The notes under the pieces are model-generated. The model made no database searches. It was not told where the DNA came from and was given only the letters and a program-made list of their open reading frames with translations. Below are positions 30,269-41,900 of a stretch of 64,000 nucleotides of DNA, one piece after another; within the stretch, counting starts at the first letter, position 1, and the number at the start of each line of letters is the position of its first letter. The stretch comes from an uncultured Planctomycetota bacterium (lineage in GTDB: Bacteria > Planctomycetota > Planctomycetia > Pirellulales > Lacipirellulaceae): the NCBI GenBank assembly GCA_963719315.1, contig CAVRBU010000010.1, positions 1-64,000 on the forward strand. Direction: 5' to 3'. The translations under genes were made by a program, and so were the position numbers.

Positions 30269-31420
30269 TCAGCGTCTCCGTTTTGGCATGAGCGTCGAGC
30301 CGAAAAGTAAAGCTAATGCCCCCAACGCAACGGACGACGGCTCGGGAATGGCGACGTCGAAGAACTGCACATCTGCAATCTGCATCGAGTCCGCGTCCCC
30401 GGCACCCGGATCACGAATGGTTGGGAAGATCATCTTATACGACTCGTACTGGGTGTTGTTGTTGACCTGCACGAATGGCCCCGGCATCATCCGGTCGATC
30501 GGCAAGTCGACGGACCCGGAGTCGATCAGCACCCAACTTTCTCCATCACCTTGGCTGTTTTGCATGCTCATGATTGGGTCATTTGTGCCATACAGCTCCC
30601 AGGTTGTGGGATCACGAGACTCCGCATCGTTGGCGGTCGTGATCTGAAACGTCTTTACAATACTCGGGCCCGACGTCGGCGTGACGATGAATCCGGAATT
30701 TAGTTTGCCGAAATTCAGGTACTTCGTGGTCGCATCTTGGTCGACCACATTTTCGGGACCTTCGGCAGCCGGGGTCCGACTATCGGGCGAGTTGAAGTCA
30801 ACGGCACGAATCGGATCGCCGGCGTCCAATATATCGGTGCCCGTACCATCGTTGCTCTCGAAAAATTGCACCTCTGCGATTTGCATTGAGTTGGCCCCAC
30901 CTGCGTTGCGAACCGTAGGATACAGCATCTTGTACGATGTGTACGCCGTGGCGTTGGTGATCGGCACCACGGGGCCAAGCGTATTGCGGGCGAGAGGGAG
31001 TTCAAACCCGCCGGTAAGAGCGAATCCGTCAATGAGGGTCCAATTCTCCAAGAGACCGGTACTGTTGTCCGGACTGATGATCGCGTCGTCGGTGCCCCAC
31101 AGCTCAAAAGAGGCGGGATCGCGTGCATCCGCATCTCCGGCCGTCGTCATCTGGAAGCTTTGGACGATCGTCGAGCCGCCCGGAGTGACGATAAATCCCG
31201 ATCCCTCCTTGCCGAAGTTCAAGTACTTGCTTAGTGTGCCGTCGATGGCCATGGCTGGAACTTCATTAGGGCTCGGATACGAGCTATTGGAATACCCCGG
31301 ATCAGTGTCGATCGCGATCACCGGATCGCCAGGCATAAGAATCGTAAGGGCGCTGGCCGGTCTGTTCGCCAGGGATAGGCCCAACATAAGAAGCCATACC
31401 GTGCAGTGTCTGTAATTCAT
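30269..31420 (-). CDS. PEP-CTERM protein with two discoidin/F5-8-like domains
   Basis: Tandem KYLNFG..SGFIVTP...TTA.DA..RDP..(F/W)EL.GT.D; IPEP-TM-KRRR. Confidence 0.88.
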   Translation of the reverse strand: MNYRHCTVWLLMLGLSLANRPASALTILMPGDPVIAIDTDPGYSNSSYPSPNEVPAMAIDGTLSKYLNFGKEGSGFIVTPGGSTIVQSFQMTTAGDADARDPASFELWGTDDAIISPDNSTGLLENWTLIDGFALTGGFELPLARNTLGPVVPITNATAYTSYKMLYPTVRNAGGANSMQIAEVQFFESNDGTGTDILDAGDPIRAVDFNSPDSRTPAAEGPENVVDQDATTKYLNFGKLNSGFIVTPTSGPSIVKTFQITTANDAESRDPTTWELYGTNDPIMSMQNSQGDGESWVLIDSGSVDLPIDRMMPGPFVQVNNNTQYESYKMIFPTIRDPGAGDADSMQIADVQFFDVAIPEPSSVALGALALLFGSTLMPKRRR

Positions 31421-31590
31421 GAGGCTGCTCCAGAACGTGTGAGAAAAACTCGATGCAACTTAACGATGACTCTTCTCGGATCTTTACAATGAGGTCAACT
31501 TCTTTCAGTTCACTACCACTTTAATCAAAATCAATGCGACAGGAATTCGAATTTGAAAGGTAATTTGCCGATTCCACGCGAAACCCACGA

Positions 31591-34584
31591 TCAAGTTTTG
31601 CGCCGCCGGGTGACGAAACCGATGATCGTCGCCAACGCGATGCTGGCGCATGTGCTCGGCTCCGGCACCGCGCTCGCGTCGCCCAGCCCGCTTCCGCTGC
31701 CGGGTGGATTGCCAAAGTTTGACCGCCAAGTGTTGTAGCCAGCCGGACCGCCAAACGCGCCTGGGTTCTTGCGCCATAAAACATAGTCCCCTGCATCGAC
31801 TTTACCATCGGTGTTGTAGTCGCCGGGCAGGTTCGCCGCCTGTCCGACATACTCGACCCGCGCGTTGTAAAGTTCGCCGGCCGCGTTCGTCCAAGTGAAT
31901 TCCAGGTCCTCGGCCAGCGAAAACTCGTTATACGCATTGCCGAGCGAGAGCCCGGATGTGCCGGTGGGGAGTGTTGAAACGCCGCTGAAGTAGGCCTCGA
32001 CGAGACGCTTTGCATTCGACCCGCCACCAACCTCCCAACCGTTGCCGCTGCCATTACCGGCAGGGAAATCGACACTGTCGCCGTGCAGGCCGTTGAAGCC
32101 GAGTGGGTCGAGGCCGCCGGCGGGGCTTTCGATCTTGTACGACTTCATTTCAATGGCTTGCGCGTCGGATAAGTTGTTCTTGAGCGTCATCGCGCCGTTG
32201 CTCCGGTCAACTTGCAGGATGACGTCGCCGGGTCCGTCCAATAAGCGGAACTCGTGGCCGCCAATGTTATTGGTGGGTTGATTGGCCGAAAGCGCCGATA
32301 CGGTCAGCCGCATTGCTACGTACCGTCCTGTGTGATCGCCGGAGAGCGTGTAGGGCCGCAAGACGCTATCGCGGAGGCGCGTATCGGTGGGCTGCAGTTT
32401 CACGACGGCATCGGGCGTCGTAGCCGGGACCACGCCACCGAAATCGGTGTTGCTGAACCAGAGTTCGAACATGCCCACGCGGTCGGCGGTTGGATCACCG
32501 CCCGATCGTTGGGCATAGGCGAACCAATTAGCGGTGATAGGCGAGCCGTAGTCGAAGAACACCGTCTTGGGGTCCGGCCCAAGCCCTTGATATTGAAGAC
32601 AGTTTGCGCAATTCAAATTGGGATCGTTATAGTCCAAGATGAACATTTCGTCATTGATCGTAGTCGGGGTGTCATCCAGGAAATCGTCGTCGAACAGATG
32701 CTCGGGACCACTGGTGGCAGTTTCGTTCATCTGGTCGACGGGAATCGTAATTCCGACCGGCGCCCCACCGACGTTGGTGAACGACTGAGCGTTGGCTGCG
32801 GGCACGGCCAGAAGGGTTACAGTGCCAACCGCAACGGCCGCGAATAGTGTCGGCTTTCGGAAGCGTAGAATGCTTAGCCCGCCGATGATTATGCCGACCG
32901 CAAGTGCCAACGACGAAGGCTCGGGCACCTGCTGATCGCCGAACAGCGCCCCCAATCCGCCCGCCGCTGCCACAAACAGATTGAAGTCTTCGAGGTCGCT
33001 ATCAAAGTCACCGTCCAAGTCGCCACCGAGATACGCGTCGACGCGGCTAGCGCCCGTGTAGTCGCCCCCATAGCCCGCGCGGAACGTGGGCCAGTCCTCG
33101 GGGCCGACGGTACCGTTGCCGGAGTAGTCGCCGAGCGGAATATCTGTGCCGACGAACTCGACGCCAACGGCGGCCGGTTGGCCATTGACTCGAGTCGCAT
33201 TCACGACGACATCTTCGAAAGTCGTGGGCAAAATCCGCCAGATATTGCCAAGGCTGTAGGAATTCCCAGCTGCGATCGTGAAGCCGTTGTTCGCGCCGCC
33301 GGGCAAATCCTCTTCCGATAATACATCGTGGGCTCCAGGCGTTGACGTCTCATTCCAGGTGTCGTCGGGGTCGGCATTGGTCGACGCGATGGATGTCCAA
33401 TTCGTGTCGTCGAGTCCACCGTTGTTCGGAGAGCTTACCTGATAACTTTTGAACGTAGTGTTCGCGCTTGCGTTGAACACGGCGGCGCCTGTCTGCCGAT
33501 TGATTCGCAACACCGCGTCGTCGGGCGCCCGCAATACGATCTCGCCGAATTGCATTGAGTCGGCGTCGCCCGCGGCCGCGTCGCGAATCGTCGGGAAAAC
33601 CATCCGATAGGAAGTGAAGGCGCCGGCCGAGTTGTTAACGGTTACTTCTGCCCCCGCGGTCAGGCGGGCCATCGGCAGGTCGAGGGTGCCGGAGTCGATC
33701 AGCGTCCAGTTTTCCGCGTTACCTTGGCTATTGTTGCCGCTGGTGACGGGATCATTTGTGCCGTAAAGTTCCCAGCTCGCCGGGTCCCGTGACGGCGAAT
33801 CGTTGGCCGTCGATATCTGGAAGCGATTCACCACCGACGAACCGAACGAGGGTGTGACGATAAATCCGGAATTCTCGCGCCCGAAGTTCAAGTACTTCGT
33901 ATTCACGCTCTGGTCGATCGCGTTGCCCGGGCCTTCAGCCGCCGGCGACCGACTATCGAAGGCGATGTGAACGGCGCGGATCGGATCAGTCGGGTCCAAA
34001 ATGTCGGTGCCCGTGCCGTCGTTGCTCTGGAAGAACGACACTTCGGCGATTTGCATCGAGTTGGCCGCAGCGGCATTTCGCACCGTCGGGTAGAGCATCT
34101 TGTAGGACGCATAAGCCGTAGCATTGGTGATCGGCACCACGGGGCCAAGCGCATTGCGGGTGAGAGGGAGTGCTAACGGCCCCGTGAGGGCGAACCCGTC
34201 AATGAGGTTCCAATTCTCCAAGAGACCGGTACTGTTGTCCGGACTGATGATCGCGTCATTGGTGCCCCACAATTGGAAGGATGCGGGATCGCGTTCATTC
34301 GCGTCGTTGGCCGTCGTCATCCGAAAGCTTTGTACGATCGTCGAACCGCCCGGTGTAACGATAAATCCGGAGCCCTCCTCGCCGAAGTTCAAGTACTTGG
34401 TTAGCGTGCCGTCGATAGCCTTGGCCGGACTTTCGGCCGCCGGATAGTTGCTGTTGGACCCTGGCGGATCGGTGTCAATCGCGATGATCGGATCGCTGGG
34501 CAAAAGGAAGTCGAAAGCATTGGAATGGCCGACAAGAAGCACCACAACAATCATCGGAGCAAGCAGAATCGCGCGATTCATCAT
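31591..34584 (-). CDS. Large surface protein with internal and terminal PEP-CTERM sorting signals
   Basis: Signal peptide, two discoidin-like domains, dockerin-like region, internal VPEP-TM-RFRK followed by a second signal-like segment, terminal VPEP-TM-RRRK. Confidence 0.88.
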   Translation of the reverse strand: MMNRAILLAPMIVVVLLVGHSNAFDFLLPSDPIIAIDTDPPGSNSNYPAAESPAKAIDGTLTKYLNFGEEGSGFIVTPGGSTIVQSFRMTTANDANERDPASFQLWGTNDAIISPDNSTGLLENWNLIDGFALTGPLALPLTRNALGPVVPITNATAYASYKMLYPTVRNAAAANSMQIAEVSFFQSNDGTGTDILDPTDPIRAVHIAFDSRSPAAEGPGNAIDQSVNTKYLNFGRENSGFIVTPSFGSSVVNRFQISTANDSPSRDPASWELYGTNDPVTSGNNSQGNAENWTLIDSGTLDLPMARLTAGAEVTVNNSAGAFTSYRMVFPTIRDAAAGDADSMQFGEIVLRAPDDAVLRINRQTGAAVFNASANTTFKSYQVSSPNNGGLDDTNWTSIASTNADPDDTWNETSTPGAHDVLSEEDLPGGANNGFTIAAGNSYSLGNIWRILPTTFEDVVVNATRVNGQPAAVGVEFVGTDIPLGDYSGNGTVGPEDWPTFRAGYGGDYTGASRVDAYLGGDLDGDFDSDLEDFNLFVAAAGGLGALFGDQQVPEPSSLALAVGIIIGGLSILRFRKPTLFAAVAVGTVTLLAVPAANAQSFTNVGGAPVGITIPVDQMNETATSGPEHLFDDDFLDDTPTTINDEMFILDYNDPNLNCANCLQYQGLGPDPKTVFFDYGSPITANWFAYAQRSGGDPTADRVGMFELWFSNTDFGGVVPATTPDAVVKLQPTDTRLRDSVLRPYTLSGDHTGRYVAMRLTVSALSANQPTNNIGGHEFRLLDGPGDVILQVDRSNGAMTLKNNLSDAQAIEMKSYKIESPAGGLDPLGFNGLHGDSVDFPAGNGSGNGWEVGGGSNAKRLVEAYFSGVSTLPTGTSGLSLGNAYNEFSLAEDLEFTWTNAAGELYNARVEYVGQAANLPGDYNTDGKVDAGDYVLWRKNPGAFGGPAGYNTWRSNFGNPPGSGSGLGDASAVPEPSTCASIALATIIGFVTRRRKT

Positions 34585-34750
34585 TGAGTTTCCTATTCAA
34601 TTCTCTTTGCTTCGTGACTCGGCAACGTCACTCACTGTTGAACCAGGATGAGGTGTTCGCACTACTTGGCAAACAATTCGCCTTAATCGAGTCAAGCACG
34701 TAAACGACGAGACAAAAACGCAGATTTCATTTCTCACCGATCAATCATTT

Positions 34751-35794
34751 CTACGGAGTGCGGCGCGTGTAAACCTTTACCACACCGTCATCAGACCGGT
34801 CGCCCATCTGTCGGAACACCTCGGGATCGACGTCGTAGGCCACGAGGTTGACCGAGCCATCGCATAGCGAAAACAGGCACCCGCCGGGATGCGCGCTGCC
34901 AAACAATTCACGCGGAACCAAATCGTTGACACTGGGACCAATATCTGAAATGCTGTCCGAGTCCTTACGAGGAACATGCGTCGAAGTCCGACCGTCGTAA
35001 TAGGTGCTGCGTACTGTGTCGTCTTGGAACCCGACATACATGGCCCAATCGTCAGCCGCCCATTTCTGGTCGCCCTCATACACACCGACAGGAATCCAAC
35101 GTTCACCCAGTGCGATCGTTTTTGACAAACCATCGGTAATCTGGCGCAACTTCACGGCCGTACCGCAAAAGCTGACGCCTGAATATTGATCGAAGGTCGG
35201 CGGGAAGCCAACTTTTGGGGAGTTATATTGGTTCGGGCTAATACTTAAGCACCGACTATCGAAATCGGTTTCATCACCGACGTTAATCGCATAATCTCCT
35301 CGGGCCGCCAACTGCATCGGATACCGAGTCGCTTGGCCAGTGCCGTCGCCTGATAGGGCATCCTCGCTAGATGGCCTTGGATAGGGCCCCCCACTGCGGC
35401 GAGACGGACAATTCATGATCGCGAGCGGCGTGGCATCGCGTTTTTGCAGCAGTTGCAGGCGCGCGGCTCCGGTCGCGCCCAAGCCTAAGTCGTGCAGCGC
35501 CTGTTCTTCGATAAACGGCAGAATGCTGTACAGCCAACAACCGGGCTGCTCGGCGCCGGTACCGCGATCCGGGTCACCGGTCCAATGACCCGACCATCCG
35601 GACGATGGCAATCGACCACGGGACGATTCGTGGTTGATCATGCCCAGCGTGAGGTTCTTCAATTGGTTCGTACATTGTGCGCGGCGCGAGGCCTCGCGTG
35701 CAGCCTGCACGGCCGGAAGCAAGATCGCGACCAGGATGCCAATGATGGCAATGACCACTAGTAGCTCGACGAGGGTGAAACCCACCCTGGGCAT
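34751..35794 (-). CDS. DUF1559 prepilin-like protein
   Basis: [39 protein letters not shown]. Confidence 0.95.
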   Translation of the reverse strand: MPRVGFTLVELLVVIAIIGILVAILLPAVQAAREASRRAQCTNQLKNLTLGMINHESSRGRLPSSGWSGHWTGDPDRGTGAEQPGCWLYSILPFIEEQALHDLGLGATGAARLQLLQKRDATPLAIMNCPSRRSGGPYPRPSSEDALSGDGTGQATRYPMQLAARGDYAINVGDETDFDSRCLSISPNQYNSPKVGFPPTFDQYSGVSFCGTAVKLRQITDGLSKTIALGERWIPVGVYEGDQKWAADDWAMYVGFQDDTVRSTYYDGRTSTHVPRKDSDSISDIGPSVNDLVPRELFGSAHPGGCLFSLCDGSVNLVAYDVDPEVFRQMGDRSDDGVVKVYTRRTP

Positions 35795-36610
35795 CAGCCG
35801 CCTCCCGAGCAGCAGATTTGCACAAGTGGGAGCCCGGTCAATCGAACTCAGCATTCCGTCCATTTCTTGGCGCTTCATACCGTGTGCTTCCTCGCTCGCA
35901 TTGAATTCCATCCGCGGGCAATCGCCTCGCGCGATTCGTGAAGTATGACCATCAGCTTGATGCAGCGCCTAAGGTGTAAACCAAAGCCACAAACTCCTCG
36001 TCGACCCACGCTCAGCAACAATCAGATCCGGGACGGGCAACGTCATGGCATAATTATTCGTCACCGTCCAATCTCCAACGCAACATGCCTATTGGCATTT
36101 TCCGACTAGATTTCTCAATCGCTAGCAAATTCACCCCGTGAAACTCTCATCGCTTTGCACGAGAATTGCCGCAATTGTCGGCAAATCAATCGATTTGGAC
36201 CGTTGTGTTTTAGATTAGATTCCACCTACCCTCATCTATACACCGGGTGCCAAGAATCCGTTACGGGGAATTGGCGAAATATCTTAAATTCTTTTTGAAA
36301 ATGCTGGCGGACGTCGCGACTCATAGGGGTACCGAGCTGCCAAATTGCCGCGGGACCGCCGCCGTTAGGTTCACCCGATACACTCGTCTTCAGTCTCCGA
36401 TTGCAAGTTTCGCTAATTAACATGTAACGAATCCTGGGCGCCGCGGTGTTAATCCATGGGAGTTCCGGCGCTAGGGTCGGGGCAGGAATCGGTCCTGGTT
36501 CCAGGATCAAGCGGTAAAGATGTGGCGACTGGAGGCCAGCCGTCACGATCGTGAGTAGTATCTACCTTTGGTGCGCTCGACGCACTCTAGCCCCAAGAAT
36601 TGCAAAGAAT

Positions 36611-37147
36611 ATGGCAAATGCGGCGGATGACAGTCGCGATTTTGGGGACGAAAGTTTTGTTCGGCTGCTAACGGCCGAACAATTCAAACTCCTGCGCTAC
36701 ATTGCGATACTGCTGGGAGACCCCGAGGCGGCGAGCAACGTCTTGCAGGACACGAATTTGGTATTATGGCGGAAGGCTACGGAGTTCAAACGAGGTAGCA
36801 ATTTTTCCGCATGGGTGCGCCAGGTCGCTTATTGGGAGGTACGGGCCTATGTTCGCGATGAAAGACGGGACCGTCACGTCTTCAGCGAGGAAGTGATCGA
36901 GCAACTTGCCGCCCAAGCCGTCGAAGAGCCGTTTGACGCGGAGGTACGAGTATCGCTGCGGGATTGCCTACAGCACATCAGCAAGCCGAACCTTCGACTC
37001 TTGCAGAAACGATATGAAGAGGGACTATCGATCGCAGCACTTGCTAAGCAGTTAGGCAAGACCGATTCGGCTGTGAAAGTCGGCCTATTGCGACTTCGAA
37101 GAGCATTGTTGAAGTGCATCCGACAAAGACTTGCAGGTAGTTCTTGA
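36611..37147 (+). CDS. ECF sigma-70 factor (Rhodopirellula/Verrucomicrobium type)
   Basis: VLQDTNLVLWRK..F..GSNFSAW; region 4 RYEEGLSIAALA...LLRLRRALLKCI. Confidence 0.9.
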   Translation: MANAADDSRDFGDESFVRLLTAEQFKLLRYIAILLGDPEAASNVLQDTNLVLWRKATEFKRGSNFSAWVRQVAYWEVRAYVRDERRDRHVFSEEVIEQLAAQAVEEPFDAEVRVSLRDCLQHISKPNLRLLQKRYEEGLSIAALAKQLGKTDSAVKVGLLRLRRALLKCIRQRLAGSS

Positions 37148-37224
37148 CCGTTTTTCCTATTCAGACCGCGAAAAGATTTTGCTCGGGCGTTCAGGCGATA
37201 ACCGTTTTTACGAACCTATAAGAC

Positions 37225-38803
37225 ATGATGAACCGATCGGAACAATTCGAAATTGACCGCATTGTGTCGGAGATTGCCGACGAAGGTGTGTCATCTGAGC
37301 GTACCGCGCGGCTTGATAGTCTGTTGCGCGAGCGACCGGATTTGCAGCAGCACTATTCGCGCGCGATGGTGCTACACATGCTGTTGAACTTCGAGTTCGA
37401 CCTGTCGATGCAGAAATTGCAGCCCGTGATACTTCGCACGGAGTCGCAATCGCAACGGAGCGCCTGCGCACGAAAGCGATCACTGCGCCGCCCTGTCGTC
37501 GCGAATTGGAAGTGATATTTCGAGGTTCGCCGAGAAGTTCCGTTGGCGGCGCGGACGATTGTGGCAGGTCGCTGCTACCGCCGCCGCGGTGTCGGCAGTC
37601 ATCGTCGGATACGCGGTTTGGCGGTCACCCAAACTACAGTCCCCCGTGGCGTGGTGGCCATATCGGGCGAATACGTCAGATACCGAGATAGGGCGTTCGA
37701 ATGACGATGGCAGCAAACTGCGCGATAGGTTAGTGGTCCGTGACATCCAGTCATTGCAGTTACTCAGCCGGCTGACCAAGACCAACTCGCTCACAAGCCT
37801 GCACTTGCCGAGGTGCTCTAGCGACGAGGCGCCGGGAATCACGCTGTGCAGCGGAACTGCGTGGATGGAGAAATCTTCCGCACAACGCGAGCGCGGCTAC
37901 GTCGTTGCTTTGGCGCCGGGTTGTCAGATGGATCTGTACGTCTACACGGACGCCGCCTACCAGAATGGACTGGGCGTCGTCGAACTCGACGACGATGGCC
38001 GCATGACTGGCGGTGCGCTTTCATTCAGCAATCTAGAAAAGGGCGACGCACAATCGGCGAAACGCCGAGTCGGGAGCATTGGTAATTACTCGGAGTTCAA
38101 TGATCGTTCCGAAACGAAATACTATCTGCTCACCGGGTCCCATCGATTACCGGAGCAGGCGGCAGAGGAGATGTGGCATTTAAGTGATTTCAAGGTGCAG
38201 TACGATTCGGGCGATTTGATGGTAATTGGTTGGGACGACAGCGGTTATATCGAGGGCCAACGCGATCAACTTCCGGACCGCGACTACAACAACGTCCGGG
38301 CGGTACTGCGATTTTCGCGCCCCGGTGCGAGCAAACAGCCGCCAAGTGCAGTGATCGACTACTCCCCTGATGCTGATCAAGATTTCGCACTCGCTGACGA
38401 GATCAATACTGGTTATACGCTGGACGTCAAACCTGGCGAGATGCTGGCTTTGCTGATTTCGAGTTCGGCCGAATTGCAAAACTCCGTACGAATCGTCGAC
38501 GTCCCTTCGAGGAGAATAATTTGGCAATGCGACGGATCGCCTTCCGATTCGGAGGGTACACAAGCTGCTGATCGAGGTGTTTATGTAATTCGCAATTACA
38601 GCGCCACCGTTCGGCGTTACGAGATTCAGGCGCAACACGCGCAACCGACGGAATCCGGCGGGCAACTGTGGCAGAACAACCCTTACCAAGTCGTCGAAAA
38701 CGAAGATCGGAGCGTGATCGTCGGTTTTGAGGACAGCATCTCGGTTCCCGCAAACGTCGATTGGAACGACATTCGCGTTTATGCTCGTTGGTTTTCCGAC
38801 TAA
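37225..38803 (+). CDS. Membrane-anchored anti-sigma factor, frameshift near 37500
   Basis: Follows the ECF gene. N-terminal RLDSLLRERPDLQQHY..AMVLHMLL, TM WQVAATAAAVSAVIVGYAVW, periplasmic domain. Confidence 0.7.
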
Positions 38804-38975
38804 AGCCGAAGAGGTTCGCGTGCTTCGGCCACGCAAATTACACATCCCGCAGTTCTCGTCTTGGTTTACGCGATGCACATCCCGCTGCTGAGGCGACTGC
38901 GGTGGAAGCATTCTCATCACGATTCCGATTCAATTCCCGCGATCCTGTTTCACCACTCTTGAGATTCACCATAGA

Positions 38976-41900
38976 ATGCGCAAACAAACTCAGCGTCGCC
39001 GCCCGCGTGCTCTTCGTATCGAATGCCTTGAAGCTCGACAGTTGCTGGCAGGCGACACTTATCTGGTTAATTTCCAAAACGACGAAGCGAGTGTCCCTAC
39101 CCATTATTTGTCGGATACCGGCCAACTGTTCGGTGATCGGGGGAACGGTTTCAGCTACGGTTGGTCGAGCGATCACACCGATCAGGCGTTCGAGCGGAGC
39201 GCCGATCCCGACCAGCGGCTTGACACGCTGATTCGCATTGAGGCCGGCCAAAAGTGGGAGTTCGCGCTAAGCAACGGGCTGTATGAGGTAACCGTAGCTG
39301 TCGGCGACCCAGGAAATAACGACGGCGTTCAGACGATCAATGTGGAAGGCGTGAACTACTGGAGTGCTGTGCCAGACACGTCGGTTGCGCTCATGCAGAC
39401 TCAGCAGATTTCCGTCAACGACGGTCGGCTGACCATCGACTCAGGGGCGGCGGCTGATTTGGCGACGCGAATCGACTTCGTGCATATCGTTGGCCTGGCC
39501 AACAGCCCGAATGCCTCTCCCTCCGCGCCGATAATTACCGAGCCGTCGGTGGCCGGACAGGTGGTAAATCCTGCCGACGTACACATGGAAGCGATTGGCT
39601 ATTCGGACGCCGACGGCGACGCTCACAAATCCTCCGACTGGCAGATTTGGACGGTTGGCCCTGGCGCAGAGCCAGTGTGGCAAACGCTCGGTATCGAAGG
39701 CGTCCAAAAAAATCACACGCACCTCGGCGATGGCGTATTCATCAACGCGCAGGCCGGCAAGATCGAGCTTGCCGCAAACACCGACTACGAACTCCGAGTC
39801 CGCTTTCGCGACGACGCCGGTTCGGTGAGCAGCTATTCAACCCGCACGTTTCACACGGGCGCGGCCTCGACCATTTTCCCTTTGCTTATAGAAGACGTTT
39901 CGACCAATCCTGCGCCTACCTGGATCGACGTGTTTGGGACTCCTGTCGACTTGCCGACAGGCGGCATCGGAATCCTAGCACCAGGGGATAGTATTATTCC
40001 CATCGACACCGATCCGCCGGCGTCCAACAGCAATTATCCGGCGGCCGAAAGTCCGGCCAAGGCTATCGACGGCACGCTAACCAAGTACTTGAACTTCGGC
40101 GAGGAGGGCTCCGGATTTATCGTCACACCGGGCGGCTCGACGATCGTGCAGAGCTTCCGGATAACGACGGCCAACGACGCGAATGAACGTGACCCGTCCT
40201 CCTTCGAGTTGTGGGGAACCAACGACGCGATCGTCAGCGCGGACAACAGTACCGGGCTGGGGGAGAGTTGGACACTCATCGCTGCGGGAGCGTTAGCGCT
40301 CCCGACCGCCCGCAATACGCCTGGCCCCGTGGTGCCGATCACCAATGCTACGGCTTATGCGTCCTACAAGATGCTCTACCCGACGGTGCGAAACGCAGGC
40401 GCGGCCAACTCGATGCAAATCGCCGAAGTGTCGTTCTTCCAGAGCAACGACGGCACGGGCACCGACATTTTGGACCCGACCGATCCGATCCTGGCCGTCC
40501 ACATTGCTCCAAGCAGTCGGTCGCCGGCGACGGAAGGCGTCGCCAACGCGATCGATCAGAGCGTGAATACGAAGTACTTGAACTTCGGGCGCGAGAATTC
40601 CGGGTTCATCGTCACGCCTTCGTCCGGGTCTTCGGTCGTGAATCGCTTTCAGATCACGACCGCCAACGACTCGCCGTCTCGGGACCCCGCGAGCTGGGAA
40701 CTTTACGGCACGAATGATCTCATTACCAGCGGAGTCAATAGCCAAGGCAATGCGGAAAACTGGACGCTGATCGATTCGGGCGCACTCAATTTGCCGCAGG
40801 CCAGAATGACTGCCGGAGCCGAAGTGGCCGTCAACAACTCGGCTGGCGCTTTCACATCCTATCGGATGGTTTTCCCGACGATTCGCGACGCGGCCGCGGG
40901 CGACGCCGACTCAATGCAATTCGCCGACATTCAGTTCTTTAGTGACGACAGTGGTGCTACAACGCCGCCGACACTCCAGCTCGAGGCAGGCGACACGGGC
41001 GAACCGCTGCTGTTGATAGAAGGCTCTGGCCAGCCCGGCAATATTGTTACCGACTTCCCGGAGCTCCCGGAAAGTCATGCAAAGGTGCGGGTTGTAATCA
41101 CAGCGGGCTCTTCCAACGTGGTTATGAATGCGTCGGATTTGGAGTTTTCGGACGATCACGGAACGAGCCACACGGTTTATCTACCGGCCGTCAATTTGGC
41201 GGCAGGAGGGCGGCTGGATTTGTGGGTCTCAAACGCAGGCGGAACCTATTACGGCACTTCCGCGCAGACTGAGCCGGACTTTTCCTCGCTCGCTCGCCAG
41301 CCGAACCTGGATATCCCTTTCATCACCACACAGCCCGGGTATGTGGTGGAAGAAGTCGGCAGTGGATATCGGCTGCCGGTCAACATCGCCTTTGTCCCAA
41401 ACCCCGGGCCGAATCCGGACGATCCGCTGTACTACGTGACCGAGTTGTACGGCTCGATCCAAGTGGTCACTCGCGATGGTACGAAGCACGAATTCGCAAC
41501 CGGGCTCCTGGATTACAATCCCAACGGCCCCATTTCCGGCTCGGGCGAGCAAGGATTGACCGGCATCGCCATCCAGCGCGACGAGCAGAATCCCGAAATC
41601 TATCACTTGTTTGTGAGCATGCTGTGGGACAACGGATCGCCCGCCGGCGGCGCTACGCATTATCCGAAAATCGAACGGATTGACAGCGCTGCGGGCGGTT
41701 TGACGATGGCGACTCGTACCGTACTGCTGAACATGCAGCCGGAAACGCAAGGTCAGTCGCACCAGATTTCGAATGTCACGATTGGTCCGGACGGCAAGCT
41801 CTACGTACACCTCGGCGACGGCTTCGATGCGTCCACCGCTTTGAACCTCAACATGTTCCGCGGCAAGATCCTGCGGATGAATCTAGACGGCACCGCGCCA

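Noticed and set aside
30269..40940. Diversity-generating retroelement TR/VR pair
   Set aside because: No reverse transcriptase in the window, all copies are coding, and the differences are not visibly adenine-specific.
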